Source of the DNA: Chryseobacterium gleum
GTDB taxonomy: Bacteria; Bacteroidota; Bacteroidia; NS11-12g; UBA955
NCBI GenBank assembly: GCA_945870885.1
Contig: CAMBTR010000001.1
Span: forward strand, 1-57,672
Reading direction: 5' to 3'
DNA: 57,672 nt
The notes beneath the pieces are model-generated. The model ran no database searches. It saw only the letters and a list, made by a program, of their open reading frames with translations, and was not told where the DNA came from. Both the position numbers and the translations under genes were made by a program. Positions 38,107 to 46,185 of the stretch are shown here, in pieces (position 1 is the first letter of the stretch; each line of letters begins with the position of its first letter).

Positions 38107-38823
38107 TCAACGTAAGTCTTCGATGACCTCAGCCGCCATTCTTAACCCAAAAAGGGCTGGCATATAGGAAATTGTACCATAAAAGGACCTTTTAAAATTA
38201 CTTCCATCGGTGAGCTTAACTGAGTCCCTGTGCACCAATTCCGTATTAAACACAGATTTAAAACCGGTGTAGATGCCATACTTATGTAATCTTTTTCTAA
38301 CCAACCTCGCAAATGGGTCATTATAGGTATCCTTAATGTCCGACACCATCACCGAAGAGGCATCCATTTTACCACCCGCACCCATGCTAGATATCAACCG
38401 TTGGCCTTGTTCAACGCATGTTTTTATCAAATAGACCTTAGGCGTAATAGAGTCGATACAATCTATCACATAATCGAATTTCTCAGATGATACCAATTCT
38501 TTCGTATGCTCTGGACGTTGAAATGTATCAATCACTTTAAGTGAAACATCTGGATTGATATCTTTAATCCTCGCCGCCATCAAATCCGCCTTTTTCATGC
38601 CGATTGTACTCGTAAGCGCAGGTAACTGTCGGTTCTTGTTTGTTACATCCACAATATCGCCATCAATAATGGTTAATTCCCCTATCCCAGCTCTGGCAAT
38701 GAATTCTGCGGCAAAACTGCCAACACCGCCCAATCCCACGATTAATACCTTGCTATTCGCCAATTTTTCAAGCGATTCTCTTCCAATGATGAGTTCTGTA
38801 CGTTCCAACCACGATAAATCCAT
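38107..38823 (-). CDS. tcdA: ThiF/E1-like tRNA threonylcarbamoyladenosine dehydratase
   Basis: 238 aa. Rossmann motif VLIVGLGGVGSFAAEFIARAGIGELTIIDGDIVDVTNKNRQ. The size and the lack of a MoeB-type Cys-rich C-terminus fit TcdA/CsdL. Confidence 0.7.
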   Translation of the reverse strand: MDLSWLERTELIIGRESLEKLANSKVLIVGLGGVGSFAAEFIARAGIGELTIIDGDIVDVTNKNRQLPALTSTIGMKKADLMAARIKDINPDVSLKVIDTFQRPEHTKELVSSEKFDYVIDCIDSITPKVYLIKTCVEQGQRLISSMGAGGKMDASSVMVSDIKDTYNDPFARLVRKRLHKYGIYTGFKSVFNTELVHRDSVKLTDGSNFKRSFYGTISYMPALFGLRMAAEVIEDLR

Positions 38824-38848
38824 GCAGCAAAGTTATATTCTAACTCGT

Positions 38849-38856
38849 TACCTTTG
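38849..38856 (+). promoter_or_regulatory. candidate -7 promoter box (TACCTTTG) for the S8 peptidase gene
   Basis: Exact TAnnTTTG match. It lies 4 nt before the ATG at 38861 and 19 nt before the ATG at 38876. Confidence 0.4.
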
Positions 38857-38875
38857 TTTCATGCAGAAAATCAAG

Positions 38876-41170
38876 ATGAAATTTCTATTCATTGCTATCC
38901 ATATTTTTTCTTTTACTCAGGTATCTGCCCAATCTCAAACTGCCTTTAATAGCATTTTATTGCCTCGATCAAAAACGATGCAAATCCTAAGTCCAACCGC
39001 CCAAATTTTTGCCGATGCGTCGTTAAGAAAACAACTTATTCCTCTGTTTAATGATCAATTTCATGCGCAAGCAATTGTAAATGAAACGTTTATACTAGAT
39101 AATTCCGATTTCATCGTAAGCAGTTTAATTGATCCAGAAAATACCAATTACCGAATTGCCCATTTGATATTTACGGCTGACAATTGGAATCAAATCATCG
39201 AACATTCAGGTTTGATTTATTTGGATGTATCCTCAAGATTAAACAGCCCCAAACCATTAAACGATACCGCTAGAATTCACAGCAGGGTAGACAAATCGGA
39301 AAATGGCATCAGCAACGGATTGTCGCAGAACTATACGGGCAAGGGTGTTGTAGTTGGAATCGTTGATATCGGATTTCAAACAGACCACCCAACTTTTTAT
39401 AGTCCTGATGGAAAAACTAACAGAATCCAACGCTTCTGGAATCAGCAAAAATCAGGCAATCCACCCACTCTTTATAGTTATGGAATTGAATATTCGGATT
39501 CTATGAGCATTGCATCGGCCATCGACGATGATGGTTCCCACGGAACCCATGTTGCCGGGATAGCCGCAGGCTCTGGCTTGGGTTCTCCGAATTTGAAGTA
39601 TCGTGGAATGGCGCCAGAGTCGGATATAGTTATGGTTGGAATCAAATATGCCAATGATACCCTAGGTGGAAGTGGCCTCGGCGATTTTATTGTGGCAAAC
39701 CCTACCATTATAGATGGATACAATTATGTTTTTAAATATGCCGAACTTCAAAACAAACCCAGCGTTTGTAATTTGAGTTGGGGTATGCACACTGGACCTC
39801 ATGATGGTACTTCACTATTCGATCGATCCGTGAAGGCAATTACTGGTTCGGGTAGAATTGTGGTTGGTGCGGCAGGGAATGACGGCAGAAATCAAATGCA
39901 TATCAATCAGACATTGAATGGCGATACGGCTTACGCGTTGGCAGTTGACAACAATCGTAAAGATTACCCCCGTGAGAATATATATATAGACATTTGGGGT
40001 GGAATCAAAAATGGGAGTGGGGACAAACTAAAAATCCAATTGAATTTGGTCGACACGTTAGGTAATGTCCTAATAAATACTCCATGGAATTTGGCCGGCG
40101 ACTGTGTGAATTGTGGAGCGTATAAGTCTATTTACACCAATGGGAAGGATACGCTCGCTCTGATTATCACAGAACAAAACTACCCATTCAATGGCAAATC
40201 GAATTTTTTGGTCATTGCAGAACACAATAGACCCTACAATGGCTATATCCGTTTGGGTGTAACCAGTAGCGGGGAGTTCAATGCGTGGAATTCTGGACAG
40301 GCATATCGTTGGACATCGGGCCATTTTTGGAAAGGGCATAAAAAGCAGAGTTTTGGTAAGAAATTTATTGAAGGAACACCCGAAGGCTCGGTTGGTGAGA
40401 ATGGTGGCTCGGGGGTCCATACTTTGACAGCTGGAGCTTATATAAACCGAAACGAATGGACAAATTACAAAGGAGAGTATTTTAATCAGCCTTGGAATAT
40501 AGTAGGAGATATCGCGGGTTTCAGTAGCCGAGGACCGATGCCAAAAAGTACAACGCATCCCAATGGCAGAATCAAGCCCGATATTATTGCTCCCGGCCAG
40601 AGTATAACGTCGGCTTTGCATCGTCGACAAGTACCGGGTTGGTTAAATAATGAATTGATGCATAAAACGCAATACAATGGAAACGATGTCTACTGGGCGA
40701 TGTTCTCTGGTACTTCGATGGCTGCGCCGCATACTGCTGGGATTGTAGCACTTTATTTACAAGCCAATGAATGGCTAACCCCGTTAGAAATTAGAAGTTT
40801 ATGGCGACTTACTGCAAGGAAGGATCAATACACAACCAACGATTCTAATGGCAACAGCGGCTATGGTAAAGTTGATGCGTTTGAGACCCTGAAAATCATT
40901 GATCAATATGCAAATATCCCCAAACTGCAATTAACTCAAGGCTGGGTTTATTTTGTAAATGGTGATCAACAACTCGTTTTATCAAACATTAAAAACCCAA
41001 GTAATTACAAGGTGCTGATTTACAATTGCAGCGGCCAATTGATTAAAAATCGTATATTAACGATAGAGTCATACCAAATAGACATCTCTGATCTATCTTC
41101 TGGTGTGTATTTTATCAAAATTGAAGACCTTTGGGGCAACAAACAACTCTCTGGAAAATTTATCAAGTAA
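38876..41170 (+). CDS. secreted S8 (subtilisin-family) serine peptidase with a T9SS C-terminal sorting domain
   Basis: Signal peptide MKFLFIAIHIFSFTQVSAQ. The catalytic triad contexts are VGIVDIGF (Asp), SHGTHVAG (His) and SGTSMAAPH (Ser), with the oxyanion Asn in AAGNDG. The C-terminal ~80 aa end ...SSGVYFIKIEDLWGNKQLSGKFIK, typical of type A T9SS CTDs. An alternative ATG lies at 38861. The ORF-track start at 38555 is antisense to tcdA. Confidence 0.85.
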   Translation: MKFLFIAIHIFSFTQVSAQSQTAFNSILLPRSKTMQILSPTAQIFADASLRKQLIPLFNDQFHAQAIVNETFILDNSDFIVSSLIDPENTNYRIAHLIFTADNWNQIIEHSGLIYLDVSSRLNSPKPLNDTARIHSRVDKSENGISNGLSQNYTGKGVVVGIVDIGFQTDHPTFYSPDGKTNRIQRFWNQQKSGNPPTLYSYGIEYSDSMSIASAIDDDGSHGTHVAGIAAGSGLGSPNLKYRGMAPESDIVMVGIKYANDTLGGSGLGDFIVANPTIIDGYNYVFKYAELQNKPSVCNLSWGMHTGPHDGTSLFDRSVKAITGSGRIVVGAAGNDGRNQMHINQTLNGDTAYALAVDNNRKDYPRENIYIDIWGGIKNGSGDKLKIQLNLVDTLGNVLINTPWNLAGDCVNCGAYKSIYTNGKDTLALIITEQNYPFNGKSNFLVIAEHNRPYNGYIRLGVTSSGEFNAWNSGQAYRWTSGHFWKGHKKQSFGKKFIEGTPEGSVGENGGSGVHTLTAGAYINRNEWTNYKGEYFNQPWNIVGDIAGFSSRGPMPKSTTHPNGRIKPDIIAPGQSITSALHRRQVPGWLNNELMHKTQYNGNDVYWAMFSGTSMAAPHTAGIVALYLQANEWLTPLEIRSLWRLTARKDQYTTNDSNGNSGYGKVDAFETLKIIDQYANIPKLQLTQGWVYFVNGDQQLVLSNIKNPSNYKVLIYNCSGQLIKNRILTIESYQIDISDLSSGVYFIKIEDLWGNKQLSGKFIK

Positions 41171-41249
41171 TTGATTTACTGTCGTTTAAGCGATTTTCGT
41201 CGAGATAAAAGGCGATCACGTATCCTCCATACAAAGGATTGCGCAGCAA

Positions 41250-42191
41250 TTATAGAGACTCGAGGTACTCCGTATAAGATCTTACATGCCTGTCTTTCTT
41301 CTGGTCATAAATATCATCAATAGATACCATAATTCCAGTTTCTTCAACATCGCCAAAATGGTGATTGATGGCAGTGCCGAAAGTTCTCATAGTGGGGCTC
41401 AAATTCATGTAGCTATTGAAAAGAGGTGGGATATTCTCACCCAATTCGCGCACTTTTGAATTCAGCAGTTTATGACCTTCTTTGTATTCCAATCCATCTA
41501 ATTCATGTAAAAATGCAGAACAATCAAACATCCTCTGTATTGGCGATGGAATACTGACCAAATTCTCCTCATTGGGAAAATAATGATCCATAAAACATAG
41601 AATCAAGTCGCGGGCTTCTTTGTTGAAGTCACTATACATTGTGATTTTCCCGAAGAAATACTTGTATTCCGTATTCATTAAAACCAAAGCACCCAAGCCG
41701 TCCCATAAATTATCTAAGCTAAATAGTCCCTTACGGCTGCTCAAGCTAGGTTGATACTCGGGCTGAACAAAGCTTCGACCCAATTCTATGGCATAGGGGA
41801 AGTATGTGTCCTTAATTTTCTGAGTGTAATTAAAAATCTCGGTGGTCGACAAATGAAAATGTCCGGCTTCATCTTGCGATTGGGGTACCATAACAAATCG
41901 ATATCCGCCAACCAATTGATTTTCCAAAGGATCCCACACAATCAATTGACTGTAACTGTAAGGTCCTGAATCATATTCATCAATATCTAAAGACTTCCCA
42001 GTTCCACCGCCCGCGGCTCTAAATGTCAATTCTCTCAGCCGTCCAACTTCAGCCATCAAGTTTGGCTTATCATCCCCTTTGAAAATGTAAATTTCATTGG
42101 ATGCATTATTCGTAGGTCGTATAAAAATATCCCTTGTGAGTTCTTTAAGTAACTTATCTGTAGGTATAGGGTCAATCAAATTTTCTATCAT
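41250..42191 (-). CDS. GNAT-fold N-acyltransferase of the OlsB/GlsB (hemolysin-like) type, N-acyl amino acid lipid synthesis
   Basis: 313 aa. The N-terminal half has the LRE(L/V)TFR...GTGK..D.D.yD pattern seen in OlsB/GlsB-like enzymes. It is adjacent to a lysophospholipid-acyltransferase-like gene. Confidence 0.6.
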   Translation of the reverse strand: MIENLIDPIPTDKLLKELTRDIFIRPTNNASNEIYIFKGDDKPNLMAEVGRLRELTFRAAGGGTGKSLDIDEYDSGPYSYSQLIVWDPLENQLVGGYRFVMVPQSQDEAGHFHLSTTEIFNYTQKIKDTYFPYAIELGRSFVQPEYQPSLSSRKGLFSLDNLWDGLGALVLMNTEYKYFFGKITMYSDFNKEARDLILCFMDHYFPNEENLVSIPSPIQRMFDCSAFLHELDGLEYKEGHKLLNSKVRELGENIPPLFNSYMNLSPTMRTFGTAINHHFGDVEETGIMVSIDDIYDQKKDRHVRSYTEYLESL

Positions 42192-42242
42192 TGTTTATCA
42201 ACTCAAGCCGTGAAAATAATGAATTTATTGCTATTGTTTCAA

Positions 42243-43085
42243 TCAATTAGAAAAGTTCGCCAATGGGTTCCTTGACAATTCGTAGACGTGTGCTTTGATT
42301 TTTTGAGCATCCTCCATGGCGTTTTTCTTGTTGAAAGCACTAGGCGACAAAGGTTTGCCTATGGTAATTGTAAGTTCTTTGTCCTTTTGCTTAAACAACT
42401 CATCGGCCAACGTCATCATTTCCACATTGAATTTTATTCCTAAAAATTTCCTCCAATTTGCGATTCGATAAAAGCGATTTGAATTGGCGCCATTTATATG
42501 GACAGGAATAATTTGTAGATCATATTGAATGGCTTTCATCAAAAAACTCTTTTGCCATTCCAAGTCTATAATTTTCCCATCAATTTTCCTTGAACACAAA
42601 CCTGCTGGAAAAACCATCATCATACCACCGGCCGCATAGGCATTATCTATGCGAATCATGGATTCTTTGGGTGATTTCCCCAATTTATTCACTGGAATAA
42701 AATAGTCATTGAAAGGAGGTATGTTTGATAGTACATCGTTTGCAATTAGCATTATATCACTTCTAACTTGACCAATGGAACTATACAAACAAAGTGAATC
42801 CAAACCGGCCATCGGGTGATTTGCCACCAATACGCACTTGCCATTGGTTGGAACATTTTCAATGTTAACAAGGTTAACTTTTGCGCCCAATTCCTTCACT
42901 AGGCTCGTTGCGAATTGAATTCCAACCTCATTGTGATGTTTGCGCAAAATTGCATTAACCTCTGTTTGATGAACAAATCGTTCAAACCAATTGATGAAAA
43001 AATTGGGAATCCACTTCAGGATCTTAGCATTCTTAGATGCAATGACATCTCTAATATTGACCTGAAGTGGAGCGTTGTTTGTCAT
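42243..43085 (-). CDS. 1-acyl-sn-glycerol-3-phosphate acyltransferase family protein (OlsA/GlsA-like O-acyltransferase)
   Basis: The ATG at 43085 gives MTNNAPLQVNIRD.... The PlsC-type motifs are NHPMAGLDS (an H-x4-D variant) and VFPAG. The start lies 10 nt after the upstream stop. Confidence 0.6.
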   Translation of the reverse strand: MTNNAPLQVNIRDVIASKNAKILKWIPNFFINWFERFVHQTEVNAILRKHHNEVGIQFATSLVKELGAKVNLVNIENVPTNGKCVLVANHPMAGLDSLCLYSSIGQVRSDIMLIANDVLSNIPPFNDYFIPVNKLGKSPKESMIRIDNAYAAGGMMMVFPAGLCSRKIDGKIIDLEWQKSFLMKAIQYDLQIIPVHINGANSNRFYRIANWRKFLGIKFNVEMMTLADELFKQKDKELTITIGKPLSPSAFNKKNAMEDAQKIKAHVYELSRNPLANFSN

Positions 43086-43095
43086 AGTTTTATAA

Positions 43096-44496
43096 TTACC
43101 CCAATATCGAAGCCTTCGTAGCATCGAGAATTGCAAAGGACGAAGCCGAATCCGTAGATTCTGAATACACCCGCAATACTGGCTCAGTACCACTTGGGCG
43201 AATCATAACCCAAGAGCCATTGTCAAGTCGGAATTTATATCCATCCACATCCTCAAACTCTACAACCTTATAGGGACCAAATGAATCATAACTCCTTGAT
43301 TTACATTTTTCTATAATGCTTTCTTTCAACTCATTGGTTAAGTGCAAATCGTAACGCTCAACAGCAAATGACCCAACTTTAGCATACATATCTTGAATCA
43401 ATTCCGATACCGACTTACCAGTTTTTGCCATGTACTCCATCAAAACCAAACCCATCCAAACACCATCGCGCTCAGGTATATGTCCTTTGATTGCAATACC
43501 ACCGCTTTCCTCAGCACCAATAAGTACATCTTCGGTAACCATGTATTCGCAAATGTATTTGAATCCGATTTTTGTCGTAATCGACTCTAATCCTTTGAGG
43601 TCACACAATTTTTGAATCTTATCGCTGACAGAAAAACTCTTCACCACCTTACCCGAATAACCCTTAAATGTGGTTAGGTATTCGATCAACAGCAATATCA
43701 AATGGTGAGAATCGACAAAGTTTCCTTTTTCATCAAACCAACCAATTCTATCGGCATCACCATCAGTTGCCAATCCACATAAATAGGAGGGACTCGAATT
43801 GATAAGTGGACCAATTTCGGGGAGATTTTTCAATATTGGCTCAGGCGCACGCCCATCGAACCCAGGATTATAATTTCCGTGCAAAATGGTAGACTCGGGC
43901 AACAATCGTTTTACAATCGATAGTCCGGCACCATACATCGCATCGTAAACCAAACCAGAGGAAATCGAGGAAAGGGCATCCATATCGAAAGAATTCAAAC
44001 AATGGTTGTAGTACATGGTTTCAAAATCACCGTATTCAATCATTCCATTGTTAAAATACGATTCAAAACTATCGCCTGCATCGACAAGGGTAGGGGAAAT
44101 CAAATTTTCAACTTTGCTAACCTCTAAAGGAACTGCAGGACCGCCATAATTTGCTTTGATCTTGTAGCCGTTATAGGTTGGGGGATTGTGACTCGCGGTT
44201 AGAATAATTCCTGCACCAGTTTGAAGTTGATGGGCGGCCAAGGAAATCATTGGTGTTGAAACAAAGCCTTTTGAAACCACAACTTTTATACCTTGAGCTG
44301 CCAACTGTTGGGCTGTTTCTTTTGCGAACATTTCGCCTCCGAAACGACAATCATATCCAACAACGCAACTTTTTGGTAATTCGCTTTGATTTAACCATAG
44401 CGCGGTGGCATTGGCTACACGTCGTACATTCGCCACGGTAAATTCATCGGCGATTATTTCGCGCCATCCATCGGTTCCAAATTTAATTTGATACAT
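43096..44496 (-). CDS. phosphoglucomutase/phosphomannomutase family protein
   Basis: 466 aa. The active-site Ser loop is ILTASHNPPTYNGYK, the Mg site is ATDGDADR, and the sugar-binding region is GAEESGG. Confidence 0.85.
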   Translation of the reverse strand: MYQIKFGTDGWREIIADEFTVANVRRVANATALWLNQSELPKSCVVGYDCRFGGEMFAKETAQQLAAQGIKVVVSKGFVSTPMISLAAHQLQTGAGIILTASHNPPTYNGYKIKANYGGPAVPLEVSKVENLISPTLVDAGDSFESYFNNGMIEYGDFETMYYNHCLNSFDMDALSSISSGLVYDAMYGAGLSIVKRLLPESTILHGNYNPGFDGRAPEPILKNLPEIGPLINSSPSYLCGLATDGDADRIGWFDEKGNFVDSHHLILLLIEYLTTFKGYSGKVVKSFSVSDKIQKLCDLKGLESITTKIGFKYICEYMVTEDVLIGAEESGGIAIKGHIPERDGVWMGLVLMEYMAKTGKSVSELIQDMYAKVGSFAVERYDLHLTNELKESIIEKCKSRSYDSFGPYKVVEFEDVDGYKFRLDNGSWVMIRPSGTEPVLRVYSESTDSASSFAILDATKASILG

Positions 44497-44513
44497 ATTA
44501 TTTCAATTTCAAT

Positions 44514-45731
44514 TTATAAAAAGGCATTCTCGCCTGTAATTTCCATTCCCAAAATCAATAAATGAATATCGTGCGTTCCTTCATAAGTCACTACAGATTC
44601 CAAATTCATCATATGTCGCATGATCGGATATTCGCCCGTAATTCCCATTCCGCCTAACATCTGGCGGGCTTCCTTGGCTACATTCATCGCAATTTCTACA
44701 TTGTTTCTTTTTGCCATAGATATTTGTGCGGGTGTGGCTAAGCCTTTATCCATTAATTGACCTAATCTCCAAACCAAAAGCTGCGCCTTTGTGATTTCGG
44801 TTAACATCTCAGCCAATTTCTTTTGCTGCAACTGAAATCCTCCGATTGGCTTACCAAATTGAATGCGCTGCTTAGAATATCGAACTGCAGTATCGTAACA
44901 ATCCATAGCGGCACCCAAAGCACCCCAACTGATTCCATATCTAGCGGAATTCAAACATGTCAAAGGGCCTTTCAAACCTGTAACACCGGGCAGAATATTC
45001 TCTTTTGGTACTTTAACGTTATCAAAAACCAATTCTCCGGTACAACTTGCCCTTAAACTCCATTTATTGTGTGTGGTAGGCGTGGTGAATCCTTCCATTC
45101 CGCGTTCAACTATTACTCCATGAATAACACCCGCTTCGTTTTTTGCCCAAACAACGGCAACATCTGCAAAGGGGGCATTGCTGATCCACATTTTTGCTCC
45201 GTTTAAAACAACGTGATCTCCTTTGTCGACAAAGTTTGTTGTCATTCCGCCTGGATTTGAACCATGATCAGGTTCAGTTAATCCAAAGCAACCCAACCAA
45301 TCTCCTGAAGCGAGCTTAGGCAGGTATTTATGCTTTTGTACTTCGCTTCCAAATTTAAAAATTGGATACATCACCAATGAACCTTGCACAGACGCGGTTG
45401 AACGAACTCCGCTATCGCAGCGTTCAAGTTCTTGCATAATGATTCCATAGGTAGTGTAGTCCATCCCGCCACAACCATATTCGGTAGGCAATTGGGGACC
45501 AAAGGCTCCAATATCACCGAGCTGCTTTACGATATGTCTCGGAAATTCGGCGTTTTGCGCATAATGCTCGATAATTGGGCTCAGTTCTCGTTTTACATAT
45601 TCTCTTACTGAAGCACGAATCAACTTTTGTTCATCCGTTAGCAAATCGTCCACACCATAAAAATCGGGGGCCACGTAACGGTCTTTTCCTTGATTGGCCG
45701 CTAGTAAATCTGAAATATCGTGTTCACTCAT
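44514..45731 (-). CDS. gcdH: acyl-CoA dehydrogenase, glutaryl-CoA dehydrogenase-like
   Basis: 405 aa. GCFGLTEPDHGSNPGGMTT and the C-terminal YEGTHDIH are characteristic of the GCDH subgroup. Confidence 0.7.
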   Translation of the reverse strand: MSEHDISDLLAANQGKDRYVAPDFYGVDDLLTDEQKLIRASVREYVKRELSPIIEHYAQNAEFPRHIVKQLGDIGAFGPQLPTEYGCGGMDYTTYGIIMQELERCDSGVRSTASVQGSLVMYPIFKFGSEVQKHKYLPKLASGDWLGCFGLTEPDHGSNPGGMTTNFVDKGDHVVLNGAKMWISNAPFADVAVVWAKNEAGVIHGVIVERGMEGFTTPTTHNKWSLRASCTGELVFDNVKVPKENILPGVTGLKGPLTCLNSARYGISWGALGAAMDCYDTAVRYSKQRIQFGKPIGGFQLQQKKLAEMLTEITKAQLLVWRLGQLMDKGLATPAQISMAKRNNVEIAMNVAKEARQMLGGMGITGEYPIMRHMMNLESVVTYEGTHDIHLLILGMEITGENAFL

Positions 45732-45793
45732 AATGTTATGTCCACAAATGTAATATACTTACTTTCTTTGCATCTGATTTTTACGACAAGAAT

Positions 45794-46159
45794 ATGTTAA
45801 CAACCATTTTTATTGACCAACAACTTGTGCATTCTAACATTGGATATTTCGAGATTGAAAGAATCGTAGGTGTTGAATTATACATAAGCGTTAAAGTCAT
45901 GTTTAAATCATCGTCAATATCAGATGATCTAAATAATTCGTTAGATTATTCAACTTTATCTCAAATCATAACATCGGAATCTAAGAACTCGATGAAATTA
46001 TTGGAGACATTGGGCCAAAACATTCTTACTTGTATTGAAAAAGTGGGGGTGGTTGGACATCAATCTACTTGGCTAAAAATCGAAAAGAAGCAAATGCTAC
46101 AAAAAGGATTTCATGCCAAGGGATTTGGAATAGAACTATCCAAAGACTATGGTCAATAA
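45794..46159 (+). CDS. folB: dihydroneopterin aldolase
   Basis: 121 aa with the pattern GYFEIERIVGVELYISVKV...SDDLNNSLDYSTLSQII, typical of FolB. Confidence 0.7.
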   Translation: MLTTIFIDQQLVHSNIGYFEIERIVGVELYISVKVMFKSSSISDDLNNSLDYSTLSQIITSESKNSMKLLETLGQNILTCIEKVGVVGHQSTWLKIEKKQMLQKGFHAKGFGIELSKDYGQ

Positions 46160-46172
46160 CCCACGAAAGACT

Positions 46173-46180
46173 TATCTTTG
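46173..46180 (+). promoter_or_regulatory. candidate -7 promoter box (TATCTTTG) for the TonB-dependent receptor
   Basis: Exact TAnnTTTG match only 5 nt upstream of the ATG at 46186. Confidence 0.4.
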
Positions 46181-46185
46181 TAAAA

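Noticed and set aside
38555-38860. N-terminal ~100-codon extension of the S8 peptidase ORF, as given in the ORF track.
   Set aside because: It runs antisense through the 5' part of tcdA and translates to hydrophobic junk. A -7 box and a clean signal peptide mark the real start at 38861/38876.
46069-46185. TTG-initiated extension of the TonB-dependent receptor ORF, overlapping the end of folB.
   Set aside because: The signal peptide begins at the ATG at 46186, and a -7 box sits at 46173-46180 inside the supposed extension.
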